64,000 nucleotides of DNA from Savitreella phatthalungensis (taxonomy: Eukaryota), in contig AP039702.1 in the NCBI GenBank assembly GCA_051599415.1, positions 186,001-250,000 of the forward strand, read 5' to 3'. Of this stretch, positions 33,488-44,685 are shown piece after piece. Numbering within the stretch: the first letter of the stretch is position 1; each line of letters starts with the position of its first letter. The notes under the pieces are model-generated. The model was not told the origin of the DNA. It searched no databases and worked only from the letters and a program-made list of their open reading frames with translations. A program made the translations under genes and the position numbers.

Positions 33488-33950
33488 CTGACTACAAGGA
33501 AAGAATCATCGCTGTACGGCTGTGTATATAGATCCAGATTGCCTTCTGTCTATATGCATATGTGCGTGTCTGATGACGTAGGAGTATAGTGATGTATTAC
33601 TCTGTAGGTCGTGTCTGTGTGAAGTGAAATGAGTTTATCATTATAAGATGATGCTGATTCAGGCGTAACCTGATGAACACAGCAAACATGTGATCTCCAA
33701 AATGACTTCACTCAATACTCTGAAATACTACACACATACACCCAGCCAACAGACAACTCACCAACACACAGCTCCTCTCAAGTCAAGCCAGTCAAGTCAA
33801 GGAGCGACTGTCATTCACTCCGAGTCGCTCTCAGGCGCTCATACTCTTTCGACGAGCTGAATCCCGGTCAGTGGCATCCTAACAGGCTCCGTCCAAATCC
33901 CTAGCGACTCGAAAGCTGACAGATCACCTTGGTAGACGTCTGCTTCTGCC

Positions 33951-36900
33951 ATGTCCAAGCTGTTTAGCAAATCATCAGGCGACTTTGCAGATCTCTCTGA
34001 GGCCTTTGACCGTAGCGCTATTCGATTCGATGACTTTGGTCGGTATGGGCTCAAAGGAAGAGTCACAGCGACCTCTTTCGATCAAGTACAGTCTCTGCTC
34101 GCCGTGGCAACAGACACAGGTCTCGTCTATGTGCTTGGCCAGGACGGCGTCGAGGTCGTATATGAAGTGCCTTCTCATCAGCCTGTTGAACATTTGCATC
34201 TCCACCGCACTCACTTGACTGTCATTGATACACGTAATGCACTATATACTTGGAATATCGACGAACGCGCGGCGCTGAAACCTATTGCACAAGCATACAT
34301 TCGTGGGGTCGTGACAGCAAGTTACATCGAACCGTCACTGGATTGGCTGTTCCTTGGCTTCAAGGATGGCTCGATGCAGGCGTGGGATCTCGAGGCTGAG
34401 CAGCTCAATGACGACTTCCGTGTCAAAAACCTGTATTTCGAGAAGCAGGAGGAAGACAGAGTAATGGGCTACGATCACGCTCTCCCACGCTTCCACATCT
34501 CACCCATTGTATCAATCCAAATGCACCCTACAAACCTCGGCATCATGCTCATTGGATACCCAGATGGCGCCGTCCTCTACAGCGTCAAGCAGGGTGTGGT
34601 CAAGGACTACTACGACTTGTCCACGTTCAGACCGAGACCTCACTTGCGTCAAGCCACGTTTTCACCGAGCGGTGATCATATCCTCGCAGCCTACGACAAC
34701 GGCCTGCTTGCGTTCTTCGACATCAAGGATCCGGCGACTCCGGTGCAACTGCGGACGCTCGCGGAGACTCACATCACCACTGGATTGCGTTCGACAGATA
34801 TTCCGGATCCTGTGCACGATGTGCTTTGGGCGTGCAGAGAACAGGATCCGACAGATACCTACCTACTCGTGGCAGGCGGTAGTCCGGATGGGATCAAGGG
34901 TGTGACGATGCTAGACTATGGCCAGCCGCCAGTCAAAGCTACCGAGTATAGCGACTTCTTTGCCTCACCGCGCAGGCAGCGTCTCTTCCCCCTCGAGCCA
35001 CTCGAAGAAGTGATTGCCCTGCAAAGCTTGGCGACTGCGTCACCTTACTATAACAACCACGCACCTCGCGGCATCCTGCTCAGACATCTGTCCGGTCGAA
35101 TTCATTGCGTGGAACCGGACGCCGGTGCACCGCTGCCGACATTTGAGCTGCATCCGACGCTGAGATTCGTCGATCCTCCTGTCTACTCCTTCAGCGTTGT
35201 GGAGACAACACGTGACGTGTTCGCCTCGCTAGAAGACCCTCTGCGGACAATGCGGAGGACACAGCCGCTCCTTATTGGTGGCGCACCTGCCAAACGACGG
35301 CTGCGTCACTTCGACTCCCGCTCGCTCCTGTACTCGCTACACGGCAGAAGCGTCCGCATTTCAGATGTGTCCCACTTTGAGCTCATTGATCCACCGCTGC
35401 TTGAGATCGATCTCGGTCTGGTCATGCCGAGCGAGCAAAGACCTGTGCGCGTGGCCGGGGCAGGAAAAGAGTTTGTGGTTGTGTATGAGTCTGGCGCAGT
35501 GTCGATCCACACACTTGCTCTGGACGGCAGTCCAGAGATCGCTCCTGGTCCATACAAGGTCATGAGCGACGGGCTGCCGACTCCTATCGCAGCTGCACAA
35601 ACATGGCTGCTTCCGATCGACGAAGGGGCAGGCGACAACCCTTCCGCAGGAGCCATCTTCCCAAATTTCCTTCTGCGACCTCGACAAGGCGACGTGAGCA
35701 GTTTGACGCTAAGTCAGGTCGGATTTCTCGTCGTCTGCTATCAGACAGGAGTATTCTGCGTGGTCGATATGCGCGGACCTGCTGTCATCCACGTCGCAGA
35801 TGTCTCGCAGGTGCACAAGACAAAGGAGAAATCCCTCTTCCGCCGATCAGGTCCGTCAGCAGCTCAACAGGCAGGCGCAGGAGCTGACGAATATGTGACC
35901 AGCTCGTCCGTCCTCACGCAGAATGTCGAAGGGAGATTGTGTCTCGTGATCGTCCTTGGCACATCAACAGGCAGAATGTTGCGATACGAAATATTACGCG
36001 AGCCCAACGGCACCTTCAGTGTGGTGCTGATTGACTTCACGTCGAGTGAGATGCAGGGCGCAATCAAAACGCTGCTTGGCTGCTCGTCGACTGGCCGTCT
36101 TTCGGATGCAGTAGGAAGCGATCTCAGAGAACTCCAGTTGGCAGCTGATCACCAGGATGCGGTGATTCTAGTTAGCAAGGATGCTATCAAGTCGATCGTC
36201 GGACCGAAGCAAAAGCAGTACAAGGCCGAGCTGCGGCAAGGACATGTTCGCGATGCTGGACTAGTCAGATTGCGGGGCTCCACCGCAGCAGTCGTTCTTA
36301 TCGTTGTCACACCGGTTGGCGTAGCAGAAGTATATTCCGTTCCGCATCTGCGATATATCGGCAACAGCAAACTCCCTGCTTTTATCGATGCTGTGCCTTC
36401 ATTCATCGGAGCTAACGGCGACATTCTCACAAGCACTGACCGGGCAGAGTTAGGCTTGATGAACATCTTCGGAAGCGGCATCGGGCTGCGCGACGTCCCA
36501 CCAGACGCACTCTACGATGCCACAAAGCAGCCATCAATCGCTCGGCCTGTCATCACGACTTGGGCATGGCTGACTGGAACGCAGTACGTGCGCCCTGCCG
36601 ATTTCGACATGATTCTGACAGGTGGTCGACCACGTCCATTATCTCGTGCAGCTCAAGAGCGCGTCGATGCACAGGCGCGCCAGCAAGCCCTGCTTGAGAA
36701 GCGCGCGGAAGTAGAATCGCGCCAGCAGGAGCGCCGAACTGACGCCGCTGCACGAAATGCCGGCGGGTGGCTGCGTGGAAGCGGTGCAGGCGCAGGACGT
36801 AACGTCTACGGAGAAATGGAGCGCAACGTCGCAGAGCGCGGCGAACGCGTTTCCCAGCTCAACGACACAATGGACAACCTAGGCAAAGCCGCGAATGGCT

Positions 36901-36983
36901 GGCTAGGCGAAATCGACAAGTTCACACGCGACATGAAGAAGCAAGCTGCCATGACAGCAGCCAAGAGCTATCTACCATTCTAA
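33951..36983 (+). CDS. SRO7: Sro7/Lgl/tomosyn-family WD40 polarity and exocytosis protein
   Basis: FDQVQSLLAVAT..GLVYVLGQ, PSLDWLFLG, LSQVGF, VVDMRGPAVI and C-terminal R-SNARE-like VAERGERVSQL. Confidence 0.9.
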   Translation: MSKLFSKSSGDFADLSEAFDRSAIRFDDFGRYGLKGRVTATSFDQVQSLLAVATDTGLVYVLGQDGVEVVYEVPSHQPVEHLHLHRTHLTVIDTRNALYTWNIDERAALKPIAQAYIRGVVTASYIEPSLDWLFLGFKDGSMQAWDLEAEQLNDDFRVKNLYFEKQEEDRVMGYDHALPRFHISPIVSIQMHPTNLGIMLIGYPDGAVLYSVKQGVVKDYYDLSTFRPRPHLRQATFSPSGDHILAAYDNGLLAFFDIKDPATPVQLRTLAETHITTGLRSTDIPDPVHDVLWACREQDPTDTYLLVAGGSPDGIKGVTMLDYGQPPVKATEYSDFFASPRRQRLFPLEPLEEVIALQSLATASPYYNNHAPRGILLRHLSGRIHCVEPDAGAPLPTFELHPTLRFVDPPVYSFSVVETTRDVFASLEDPLRTMRRTQPLLIGGAPAKRRLRHFDSRSLLYSLHGRSVRISDVSHFELIDPPLLEIDLGLVMPSEQRPVRVAGAGKEFVVVYESGAVSIHTLALDGSPEIAPGPYKVMSDGLPTPIAAAQTWLLPIDEGAGDNPSAGAIFPNFLLRPRQGDVSSLTLSQVGFLVVCYQTGVFCVVDMRGPAVIHVADVSQVHKTKEKSLFRRSGPSAAQQAGAGADEYVTSSSVLTQNVEGRLCLVIVLGTSTGRMLRYEILREPNGTFSVVLIDFTSSEMQGAIKTLLGCSSTGRLSDAVGSDLRELQLAADHQDAVILVSKDAIKSIVGPKQKQYKAELRQGHVRDAGLVRLRGSTAAVVLIVVTPVGVAEVYSVPHLRYIGNSKLPAFIDAVPSFIGANGDILTSTDRAELGLMNIFGSGIGLRDVPPDALYDATKQPSIARPVITTWAWLTGTQYVRPADFDMILTGGRPRPLSRAAQERVDAQARQQALLEKRAEVESRQQERRTDAAARNAGGWLRGSGAGAGRNVYGEMERNVAERGERVSQLNDTMDNLGKAANGWLGEIDKFTRDMKKQAAMTAAKSYLPF

Positions 36984-37100
36984 TCCAGTCACCCAAGCAT
37001 CTCTCTCTACAAGGTTCGGGGGTCACTCCAGCTCAGCTCTCCTTCCTTCATTTACTCTCTTTTTCCTCTTTTTGCCACCTGACGACAGCCGAAGGATGAG

Positions 37101-37289
37101 ACGCGTCGGAAAATGCAATCAACAAATATACGCGCCACGCATCCACTACAAAATTCAACCAAATTCAAAAGGAAAAAGGTGAAATTTAAAAGAAGAAACG
37201 CGTATTGCAAATTCACCCACAGCCAGCCATCCAGCCATCCAGCCAACCAGCCAGCTGAATGCACGTTCAAGCTATGATTTCAGACGCGT
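37101..37289. promoter_or_regulatory. Three MCB (ACGCGT) elements upstream of Tos4
   Basis: ACGCGT at 37101, 37198 and 37284, 190-380 bp upstream of ATG 37480. Confidence 0.75.
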
Positions 37290-37479
37290 CTAAGGAAAAG
37301 GGTGTCATCACACCAAGTCAAAGTCAAAGTCTAAGTCTACGTCTACGTCTACAGGAGGCTGGTACAAGGCAACAGGAAGCACAATCCTTACAACGCACAA
37401 CATCCTCACACAGAGTCAAAAGATCCTACAGCTTCCACGGTCCTAACAAGCTCTTCAAAGATCGATCACACTCCTTACA

Positions 37480-39075
37480 ATGACAGATCTCGAGGCTCTG
37501 GCTAATCATTATGCCACTGCAGCCTCGACCTTTACACCTTTGACTCCACATCCATCTTCTGGAACTCAGTTCCTGCCTTCCAGTCCTTCTGTACAGCGGC
37601 TTCACAAGCGGACACCTCCAGCACTCCCTTCTAGGCAGATCGTATGCCCGCCAGTCGATGGGTCATGGCTCAAGATCGGTAGATCGAGTTTGAGCAGCGA
37701 CGTCGCACTTCCACCGAGCAACAGGTGGGCGTCTCGCGTCCACGCGTCATTACGTCGCATTCTACAGGACCCAGAACAGGAGCAGGAGCAAGACGTAAAG
37801 CGTGATACCACTTCCGTCGAGGTCAAATGCCACGGCTACAATGGTCTCACGCTCCATCTCGGTCATCAGACAATCCCAGTCAAGCGCGATAATTCCGTCA
37901 TTGTCCACATACACGCAAATGTCTCTGTGGGTATCGAGATCACAGGCTCACTCGTGCACATCGAGACCGCACGTGATGCAGCGGACGATTCTCGCGAGAG
38001 CTCTCCAGTGCAAGAAGATGATGCAGTCCTGGCAGCGCTGAAGGGAGTGGCGCCGCGATCGCCTCCGAAGAGCAAACATGGACTCGCGAGTCCGCGGTCC
38101 AGTCCGCGTAGCCACACGAAGCAAGATTCTTCTCCGCTCGGTGAGCGCTTCCACAACGCCCAGCCTCCCTCGAGGCCTTCACCGCTCGATCTGACTAAAT
38201 TCTCACGAGCGTCCTCGCCAGGGAAGGAGAACATCGATCCGAAGAGTTCGCGGCCACACACCAGACCTACAACCCCACGACGGCTCAGCTCTTCACCGCG
38301 TTCCCCATCGCTTCCCACTGTGTTGGAGGAGGATGAAGAATGCGTGCCCTCGGTGAGTCTGCCCGAATCAGTCGCTTCTCCCGCGGCAGCGAAAGAGGAG
38401 CAGACTGAGGAAATCACAATCGAGGCACCTTTCGCCGTCGCCGCACCCGAGCAGCCAGTCGTATCCGAGGAGCCTCCGTCACCAGTTGAAGAAACTGCGC
38501 CTGTGTCGAAAGATCAAAAGCCAGCCCCGAAGACTGTTATTGATGAGGCGCAAGTCGCTACTCCAACCAAACCAGCACGCATCGCCTGCCCTGAGATCAT
38601 CCAACCAGTAGATGATCTCCCTGCAGACACTGCACTTGAATCAGACCTTTCGCTTGAGCCTGAGACTGCCGCGGAGAACGAGCAAGATGGTTTTACAGAC
38701 GCCATCCTAACGGCACTCGCCTCGAGCACGCTCTCGCCAACACCTTTATCCTACCTTGCCCCTTTCTTCCCGTCCGAGACCTCTTCTGAATCGATCGAGG
38801 CCTTCCTTCGCGCTCAACCTGCTGTTGGGGAGGTGACGCGATCAGGCAAAGACGCCTCTGGCGCTGCGCTCCGATCGCAGTGGTACTACGCTCCGGACCT
38901 GGATGGCGATCGCCAGCGCGCTCCCAGACTCAAAGCACTCATGAAACCAATCAGATCAACGAGGAAACAACACAAGCAGTACTACTGGAAACCAATCCCA
39001 CCTGCAAAACGACTTGACCCATCAGGTCTCGTCGATCGGAAATCCTCAAAACGCTCGAAAGCAAACACACCCTAG
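37480..39075 (+). CDS. TOS4: FHA-domain protein Tos4/Plm2-like
   Basis: FHA core KIGRSS..SRVHA..GYNGL; C-terminal EVTRSGKDASG..QWYY.PD.D...IRSTRKQHKQYYWK. Confidence 0.85.
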   Translation: MTDLEALANHYATAASTFTPLTPHPSSGTQFLPSSPSVQRLHKRTPPALPSRQIVCPPVDGSWLKIGRSSLSSDVALPPSNRWASRVHASLRRILQDPEQEQEQDVKRDTTSVEVKCHGYNGLTLHLGHQTIPVKRDNSVIVHIHANVSVGIEITGSLVHIETARDAADDSRESSPVQEDDAVLAALKGVAPRSPPKSKHGLASPRSSPRSHTKQDSSPLGERFHNAQPPSRPSPLDLTKFSRASSPGKENIDPKSSRPHTRPTTPRRLSSSPRSPSLPTVLEEDEECVPSVSLPESVASPAAAKEEQTEEITIEAPFAVAAPEQPVVSEEPPSPVEETAPVSKDQKPAPKTVIDEAQVATPTKPARIACPEIIQPVDDLPADTALESDLSLEPETAAENEQDGFTDAILTALASSTLSPTPLSYLAPFFPSETSSESIEAFLRAQPAVGEVTRSGKDASGAALRSQWYYAPDLDGDRQRAPRLKALMKPIRSTRKQHKQYYWKPIPPAKRLDPSGLVDRKSSKRSKANTP

Positions 39076-39126
39076 AGAGTTCCGTCTTTGTATCCTTTCT
39101 CACATACGTAACCCTACCTCTACAGC

Positions 39127-40332
39127 TCACCGTCTTTTGAGCTGTCGAATCTGTGCCCTGAGTGCATCGTTCCCTGCTCGGACCAGTCGGATATAGTCGA
39201 TTGCCTCCGCTAGCATTGTCGACTTGCTCTCCTGGGTGCCTCTCAACTTGGGCACTCGGTTTGCAAGATCTGCAAACCCTTCCTTGATCTGATCACGTCG
39301 CTTCTGCTCGGATGATATGTGATTCTGCCGCTTCTGATCCGTCGTCAGTGGCTTCTTAGAAGATCCACCATCACCCTCCACATTCGTCGTCGTCGCTGTC
39401 GATTTCAAGGGCGTTCCTGACAACCGGCCTGACGGAGTAGGCGGTTGTCGATCGACCTTGCTAGCACGTTTCCGGTGCAGAGTCGTAGACTTGGCAGGCA
39501 CAGAGGCCGTCGTCGACACAGGAGTAGGTGGGTTTGGAGATTGTGGTCCAGGGTACATAGGAGGGCGATCGCCAGCGCGGGAGATGTAGCCCTGGTTGGG
39601 TAGACTGCCACCGCTGCCGCTGTGCGGAGCCCAGCTTGGCGGGGGTGGGTTCGATTGATCTGGTTTGTTGGAAGGCTGCTTGGAGGGACGTTCTGCGACG
39701 TTGTTGCTCGACGCTTTGCGCTTAACACTCTGTTTCGTGGTCTTCTGGCCGTTTGACGCCCCGGTCGCGTTGTCGCGCGAGCGATCATGTGAAGCAGGGG
39801 GACCAGGAGGTCCGCCGAACTGTGGGCGACCATCGGTCTGCACGGCATGATGACCGACCTGTTGTGGGTAGTGCTGAGGATGGGAGCTATCGACAGGACG
39901 CGCAGTGCCTGGGGTTGACGTCTTCCCGGCCGCTGCTGCAGCCTTGATTTCACTTGCAACAGTGTTCAGCCAGGGCTCCTGGAGGAGATGTCTGCTATGG
40001 GCCTGGTACGCGTGTTGCGTGTTAAATCCTGGATCGCTGCCAAAGTGAAGGCCTTCCCGCTTGACTTCACCAAAGGCTTCTGGAGCAGTGGTGGAGAAGA
40101 GCGGCGCGGGAATGCGGGGATTGAAGAGGTGTTGATTGTCTGTAGCTAGTTCATCAAGGAATTGCTCAAATGCGTGCCGCTCGCGAGGGTCGAAGATAGC
40201 ACCAGCAGAGACTGTGACTCCAAGCTGCTGATGTGGTGAGTCTGTCGGTGCAGGTGAACGGCCATTTCCAGGGACAGACGAGGTCTCTGGCTGCTGGAAA
40301 TAGAGTCCTCGTTGGGAGCGGATCGAGTCCAT
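39127..40332 (-). CDS. bHLH transcription factor (Ino4/Mlx-like)
   Basis: C-terminal LTTDQKRQNHISSEQKRRDQIKEGFADLANRVP..SKSTMLAEAIDYI. Confidence 0.88.
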   Translation of the reverse strand: MDSIRSQRGLYFQQPETSSVPGNGRSPAPTDSPHQQLGVTVSAGAIFDPRERHAFEQFLDELATDNQHLFNPRIPAPLFSTTAPEAFGEVKREGLHFGSDPGFNTQHAYQAHSRHLLQEPWLNTVASEIKAAAAAGKTSTPGTARPVDSSHPQHYPQQVGHHAVQTDGRPQFGGPPGPPASHDRSRDNATGASNGQKTTKQSVKRKASSNNVAERPSKQPSNKPDQSNPPPPSWAPHSGSGGSLPNQGYISRAGDRPPMYPGPQSPNPPTPVSTTASVPAKSTTLHRKRASKVDRQPPTPSGRLSGTPLKSTATTTNVEGDGGSSKKPLTTDQKRQNHISSEQKRRDQIKEGFADLANRVPKLRGTQESKSTMLAEAIDYIRLVRAGNDALRAQIRQLKRR

Positions 40333-40802
40333 GTTGTAAAGGGTGAAAAAGTCTGGCTATGGCTGAATCATGGCACTGCTGCAGACGCGCTAGACGGGAA
40401 TAGATCGATGTCAAGATTTCTGGATATGATGACTGAGAGCCAGTATAAGACGGTGCTTCTTGTGGTTGCTGAATGACCACTTAGCAGGATTAGTGACGCG
40501 GTCGATGGCTTACAACCCACACTGGGAATAGACTGTCTAGAGTGGTGGAGCGTCAAGTCGAGTGCACAGCAGCGTGTCTTGTGACCTCGTTGGGCTAGTT
40601 TTCAATGTGTAGTAGAAGCGGACACAGGAGAAATATGTGGTTGTATGTCGTCTTTGTTGTCTCACAAACTCGGAAACCCGTTCATCCATCGATCATGCAG
40701 AATACATACGAGCTCTTACGCATACATTGCTAGAACTCGCTCTAGCTATAGATATGGCCTATATTTTACCCCGCGATGAATCACTAGCTCTAATCATGAT
40801 GC

Positions 40803-40900
40803 ACATCCATCCATCCACTCATCCATCCATCCATACATCCACACATCCATCCATCCATCATACTTCCTCAATCCATCTATACATCCATCCACACATCCAT
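40803..40900. repeat. Imperfect (CATC)n microsatellite
   Basis: Repeated catccatc units between the bHLH gene and HAC1. Confidence 0.8.
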
Positions 40901-42418
40901 CTGTGCTGATGGATCTCAACCAGCTCCCACAGGAATAAAATCTAATTCAACTTTAGATGTTCTCCCTGTCCCCTGCAGTGGTAAATCTGATGACTCCCAC
41001 AAGATCAATCCTGATTTGATTTTGACAAATTGATGGTAGGAATTCAAGATAATCAAGGTCGATCCAAGCTGGCCTACTGACCTGTGAAAGCATGTGACGA
41101 TCACATCTGAATCAAATCACGTGTTCAGCTAGTCTACCAACTCCTCCAGTATACTCGATATCGATCCCATAATTGAAGCCGATATATGCATGCAGCTATA
41201 CAGCGCAGTCATTCAAGAGATCAAGTCCTATTCAGCAACAATGACTATCCAGAGTCAGTGACTGTCACGCATATATTCTACGCCAGTTGTTCGACATCAA
41301 TCATCGGATGCAACAAGACTGTGTTTGATTTGATAATCCATCCAATCGTCACATGTTCTCCTTAATCGACGATGATCGTTCCGCTCGGCATACTTTCTTC
41401 GCGCAGCAGGCTGTTCTCCCAAGTGGTTATTCTAGTGCAGACGCAGAGGCTTCAGCCCATCTTCCGCTCCGCACCTGTGCTTGAGCGAGCGTCATGCATG
41501 CTTGTTTCGTGTCCAGTTGCGGTTGGTGGAGTGTATGTACCATGGCCATCTGTTCACTGCTAAATATAGGTCTGAAGATGGGAGATCACACAGGATTTAA
41601 TCGTTCGACTGGCACTGCATAATCCTAGGTGAGTGAGATCTGACTGGCTCACCTTGTACAAAACTCCTAGATTCACATGACTTGCATCTGCAGAAGTGCT
41701 TCTTCGAAGTTCTATGAAGCCACGACCCATGATAGATACCTGCCAAGCAAACATTCACGCTAGCTCATCCAACATTATCTCCGCCCTCTCACCGATATCG
41801 CTTCTCTGCCGTTTCAGAATACTCATTGTGCCCAATCATGGACTTACTTTCACCCTGGACTGCCGACTGACATCCTATCTGAATCCAGTGTAAACGTTGT
41901 GATCGACCTGACACAATCTAAAAGAGTTCATCATTTCCCGCCTGGACATTCAATCTCCTACATATTCATTCCACCTCACACAGTCGTAATTGAATACATT
42001 CAGCACATATTGTAGATACTGTAGTCAATTCATCCCTTGCCCCAATAAATCTACCTTCAGTTCCAGGGAATTCCTTTACACATTCACTCCGCAAGCGCCG
42101 TCCTACAACAACTGGCCACGTCGCACTATTTCACCACACCACTTCCTCCACCTTACCCATCCAACCTTCTCTCAGACTCCCTCGATCGTATTACCTTCGA
42201 TCTCTGGGTCTCTCTGCGCACCTCCAGTCGCTCACTTTCTAGTGACTGACTCACGTTTGCGCGCTTTCACCCACTCACTCGCACTGTCGGACTCAGCCTA
42301 CAAGAACGGTCGACATTCCCACCGCCGTCGAGGTCTATACTTCATCACACATCGTTCATCTGCTTCAACACTACCATTTGCCTCAAGTCCTAGATCGTCT
42401 ACACCTGCACACTGAGAC

Positions 42419-43702
42419 ATGGCCTTTGAAGATATTGAAAGCGTCGTCGCAGCAGCAGCAGCAGCTTCAGATGGTGCACCTGCTCCCTTCTGCGACACGT
42501 ACGATAATGACCTCGACGGCGGACTAGTCAACCCTTCTGACCTTCACATCACAGCGCCTGCGTCGCCAGCATACACAACTTCATCCACATCTTCCCCGCG
42601 CGGCGTCAAGCGCGAGTACGACGAGGAAGATGAGGAAGACGATGACGACATTTCCAACGCAGACAAGTCGACAACCTCTGCCGTCACACCCAAGAAGAAG
42701 ACACTCCGGAAGCGTGCAAAGACGCAGGAGGAGAAGGAGCAGCGTGCGCACGAGCGTATCATGCGTAATCGGCTCGCTGCTCAGACTTCCCGCGAGCGCA
42801 AGCGTGAGTACGTCACGCAGCTCGAGTCTCAAAACACAGAATTAGAGCGCGATATCAAACGCCTGACGAAAGACAATGATCAACTACGTGGCACCGTCAC
42901 CGACCTCAACAAACGCCTTTCTCAACTCGAAAAGCTCCTGGCTGTTCTGACCCCTGCCACAGATAGTACGGCATCCTCCTCCCTTGGTAAATCTACTGCT
43001 ATTGCAACTACTTCGCTTTCCACCGAGCCCATCGGCCTGCGCAGTCCTGCAGTGACTGCCTCTGACCCGCAGCGTCGGTCGGTGAGCTCACGTCGGAAAG
43101 TAAGCAAGCACAACAGCAGCCGGAGCTACCAATCCAGGAGCAACTGTTTTCCCTGGAGCATATCGCCCCATTCGCCAATCTATCGGGCCATGGAGCAGGT
43201 CCTTCAGCTTCTCCTAGCATCCTCGATGATGACGACCTACTCGGCTACGGCTTTGTGGACGGGGGCTTTGGCAACGATCTCTACGCTGCCTACCTCGACA
43301 ACAACATCCAGCCGCAAGAGGACGCTGACCTGCCCTCAACTCCACTCTTCGCCCCTGCTGCAGCACTCTACAACACTGCAGCCGCACTCTCCTCGTCAAC
43401 ACCTACCAGTCAATCTATCACGACCTTCCCAACAAACAGTCTCCACCTCCATCAGCACCAACACCACGCTGGACGACCTGCAGGCCTCGCTACAGCCGTC
43501 TGAGCCAATCGACCCCGTCACTGGCGCATCATCACTTGCGACGGACGGGTCAGTCGTGGCTCGACGGCCAACGGGGCTTCAGCAGGATCAGTTTCAGTCG
43601 TCGGTCTACACGCTAGCGGGGAGGGATTCTGTCAGTGGAGGAGTGACTAGACCGATCAGAAGCACCAGGCACATTCACGCACTAGACAAGTGGATGATCT
43701 GA
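42419..43702 (+). CDS. HAC1: UPR bZIP factor Hac1/HacA/XBP1; unspliced ORF 427 aa, spliced form join(42419..43049,43070..43503) 354 aa
   Basis: RKRAKTQEEKEQRAHERIMRNRLAAQTSRERKR basic region characteristic of Hac1, leucine zipper, Ire1-type intron downstream. Confidence 0.95.
   Translation: MAFEDIESVVAAAAAASDGAPAPFCDTYDNDLDGGLVNPSDLHITAPASPAYTTSSTSSPRGVKREYDEEDEEDDDDISNADKSTTSAVTPKKKTLRKRAKTQEEKEQRAHERIMRNRLAAQTSRERKREYVTQLESQNTELERDIKRLTKDNDQLRGTVTDLNKRLSQLEKLLAVLTPATDSTASSSLGKSTAIATTSLSTEPIGLRSPAVTASDPQRRSVSSRRKVSKHNSSRSYQSRSNCFPWSISPHSPIYRAMEQVLQLLLASSMMTTYSATALWTGALATISTLPTSTTTSSRKRTLTCPQLHSSPLLQHSTTLQPHSPRQHLPVNLSRPSQQTVSTSISTNTTLDDLQASLQPSEPIDPVTGASSLATDGSVVARRPTGLQQDQFQSSVYTLAGRDSVSGGVTRPIRSTRHIHALDKWMI
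43041..43078 (+). other. Ire1-cleaved 20-nt unconventional intron (43050..43069) with twin stem-loops
   Basis: GCAGTC[CTG|CAGT]GACTGC perfect 6-bp stem and CTGAC[CCG|CAGC]GTCGG 5-bp stem; both 7-nt loops fit CNG|CNGN. Confidence 0.93.
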
Positions 43703-44216
43703 ACGAGGAAGGAAGGAAGGGGAAGAGTGGAAGCAAGGAGAGATTCGGTACAACATCCGCAAATAGGTAGACCAGGAACCCAGGATACATCTTTCGACTA
43801 GCTAGAGCTTCATCATGATCACGTTTTCAGATACCAGATACTTTGTCCATTGTCGATGTAGAGTGAGCGAGCCAGTGTGATGGAAGAGACGATTTCCAGT
43901 GGATCTCTGCATCCATCCTGTGCATCTGATGAAGTGTCAAAGTTCATTGTGCGGTGGTTGAATCTGTACAATCACGTGAAAAAGCATCACATCCCTGCCC
44001 TAGCTTCTGCCTCAAGTCAGTCGAGAATAAGTCCCCTCACAAAGGGTATGTGGTCGTAGGAGGATATGAAGATTTAAAATTATAATGAAATGTGCTATGC
44101 ACAATCGCAAATTTCCATCTTGATCCAGACCATGAATGCATGATATATCACGCATATCATACAGCAAGCTGGGCGATTAAAGAAAGGATTTGGAAGATTG
44201 GATTGATGGAAAGTAT

Positions 44217-44252
44217 GTGAGTGAGTGAGTGAGTGAGTGACTGAGTGAGTGA
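44217..44252. repeat. (GTGA)n microsatellite, imperfect
   Basis: gtgagtgagtgagt.. run left of an AT-rich patch. Confidence 0.85.
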
Positions 44253-44656
44253 GTGGTAGGAGTGAGTGAGCAAGAAAAGCAAAAGTGTCGTCATTGATCA
44301 AAATTTTCAAAGGTCGTTCAGCTGGAAATTCGATTGATTTAAGTTTAATAGATCAAATCCATTCTCATTAGCCCAAATTCAGATAACCCTTTTAAAACCA
44401 CTCTATTGCAATTCATCTGTACATAGTATGGACAATTTATCGGCAAAACGAGTCAAAACCCTAAAAGGCGCTTGCTAAATTGTTACGTAGTATAGATAGA
44501 TATACCGTCACCAGTGATCCCACTTCCATTAGCTCTAAGCATTGTACACTACAGGCGAGCAAGGGATCAGTCAACCGATTCAGTCAGCAACTGTCTGTCT
44601 GTCAGCCAGAACACTACTACCATCACACTCTGCACAGTACTGGAATCTGTCTGTCT

Positions 44657-44685
44657 CTCAGTCAGTCAGTCAGTCAGTCAGTCAG
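44657..44685. repeat. (TCAG)n microsatellite
   Basis: Tandem tcag units upstream of the DUF1769 gene. Confidence 0.85.
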
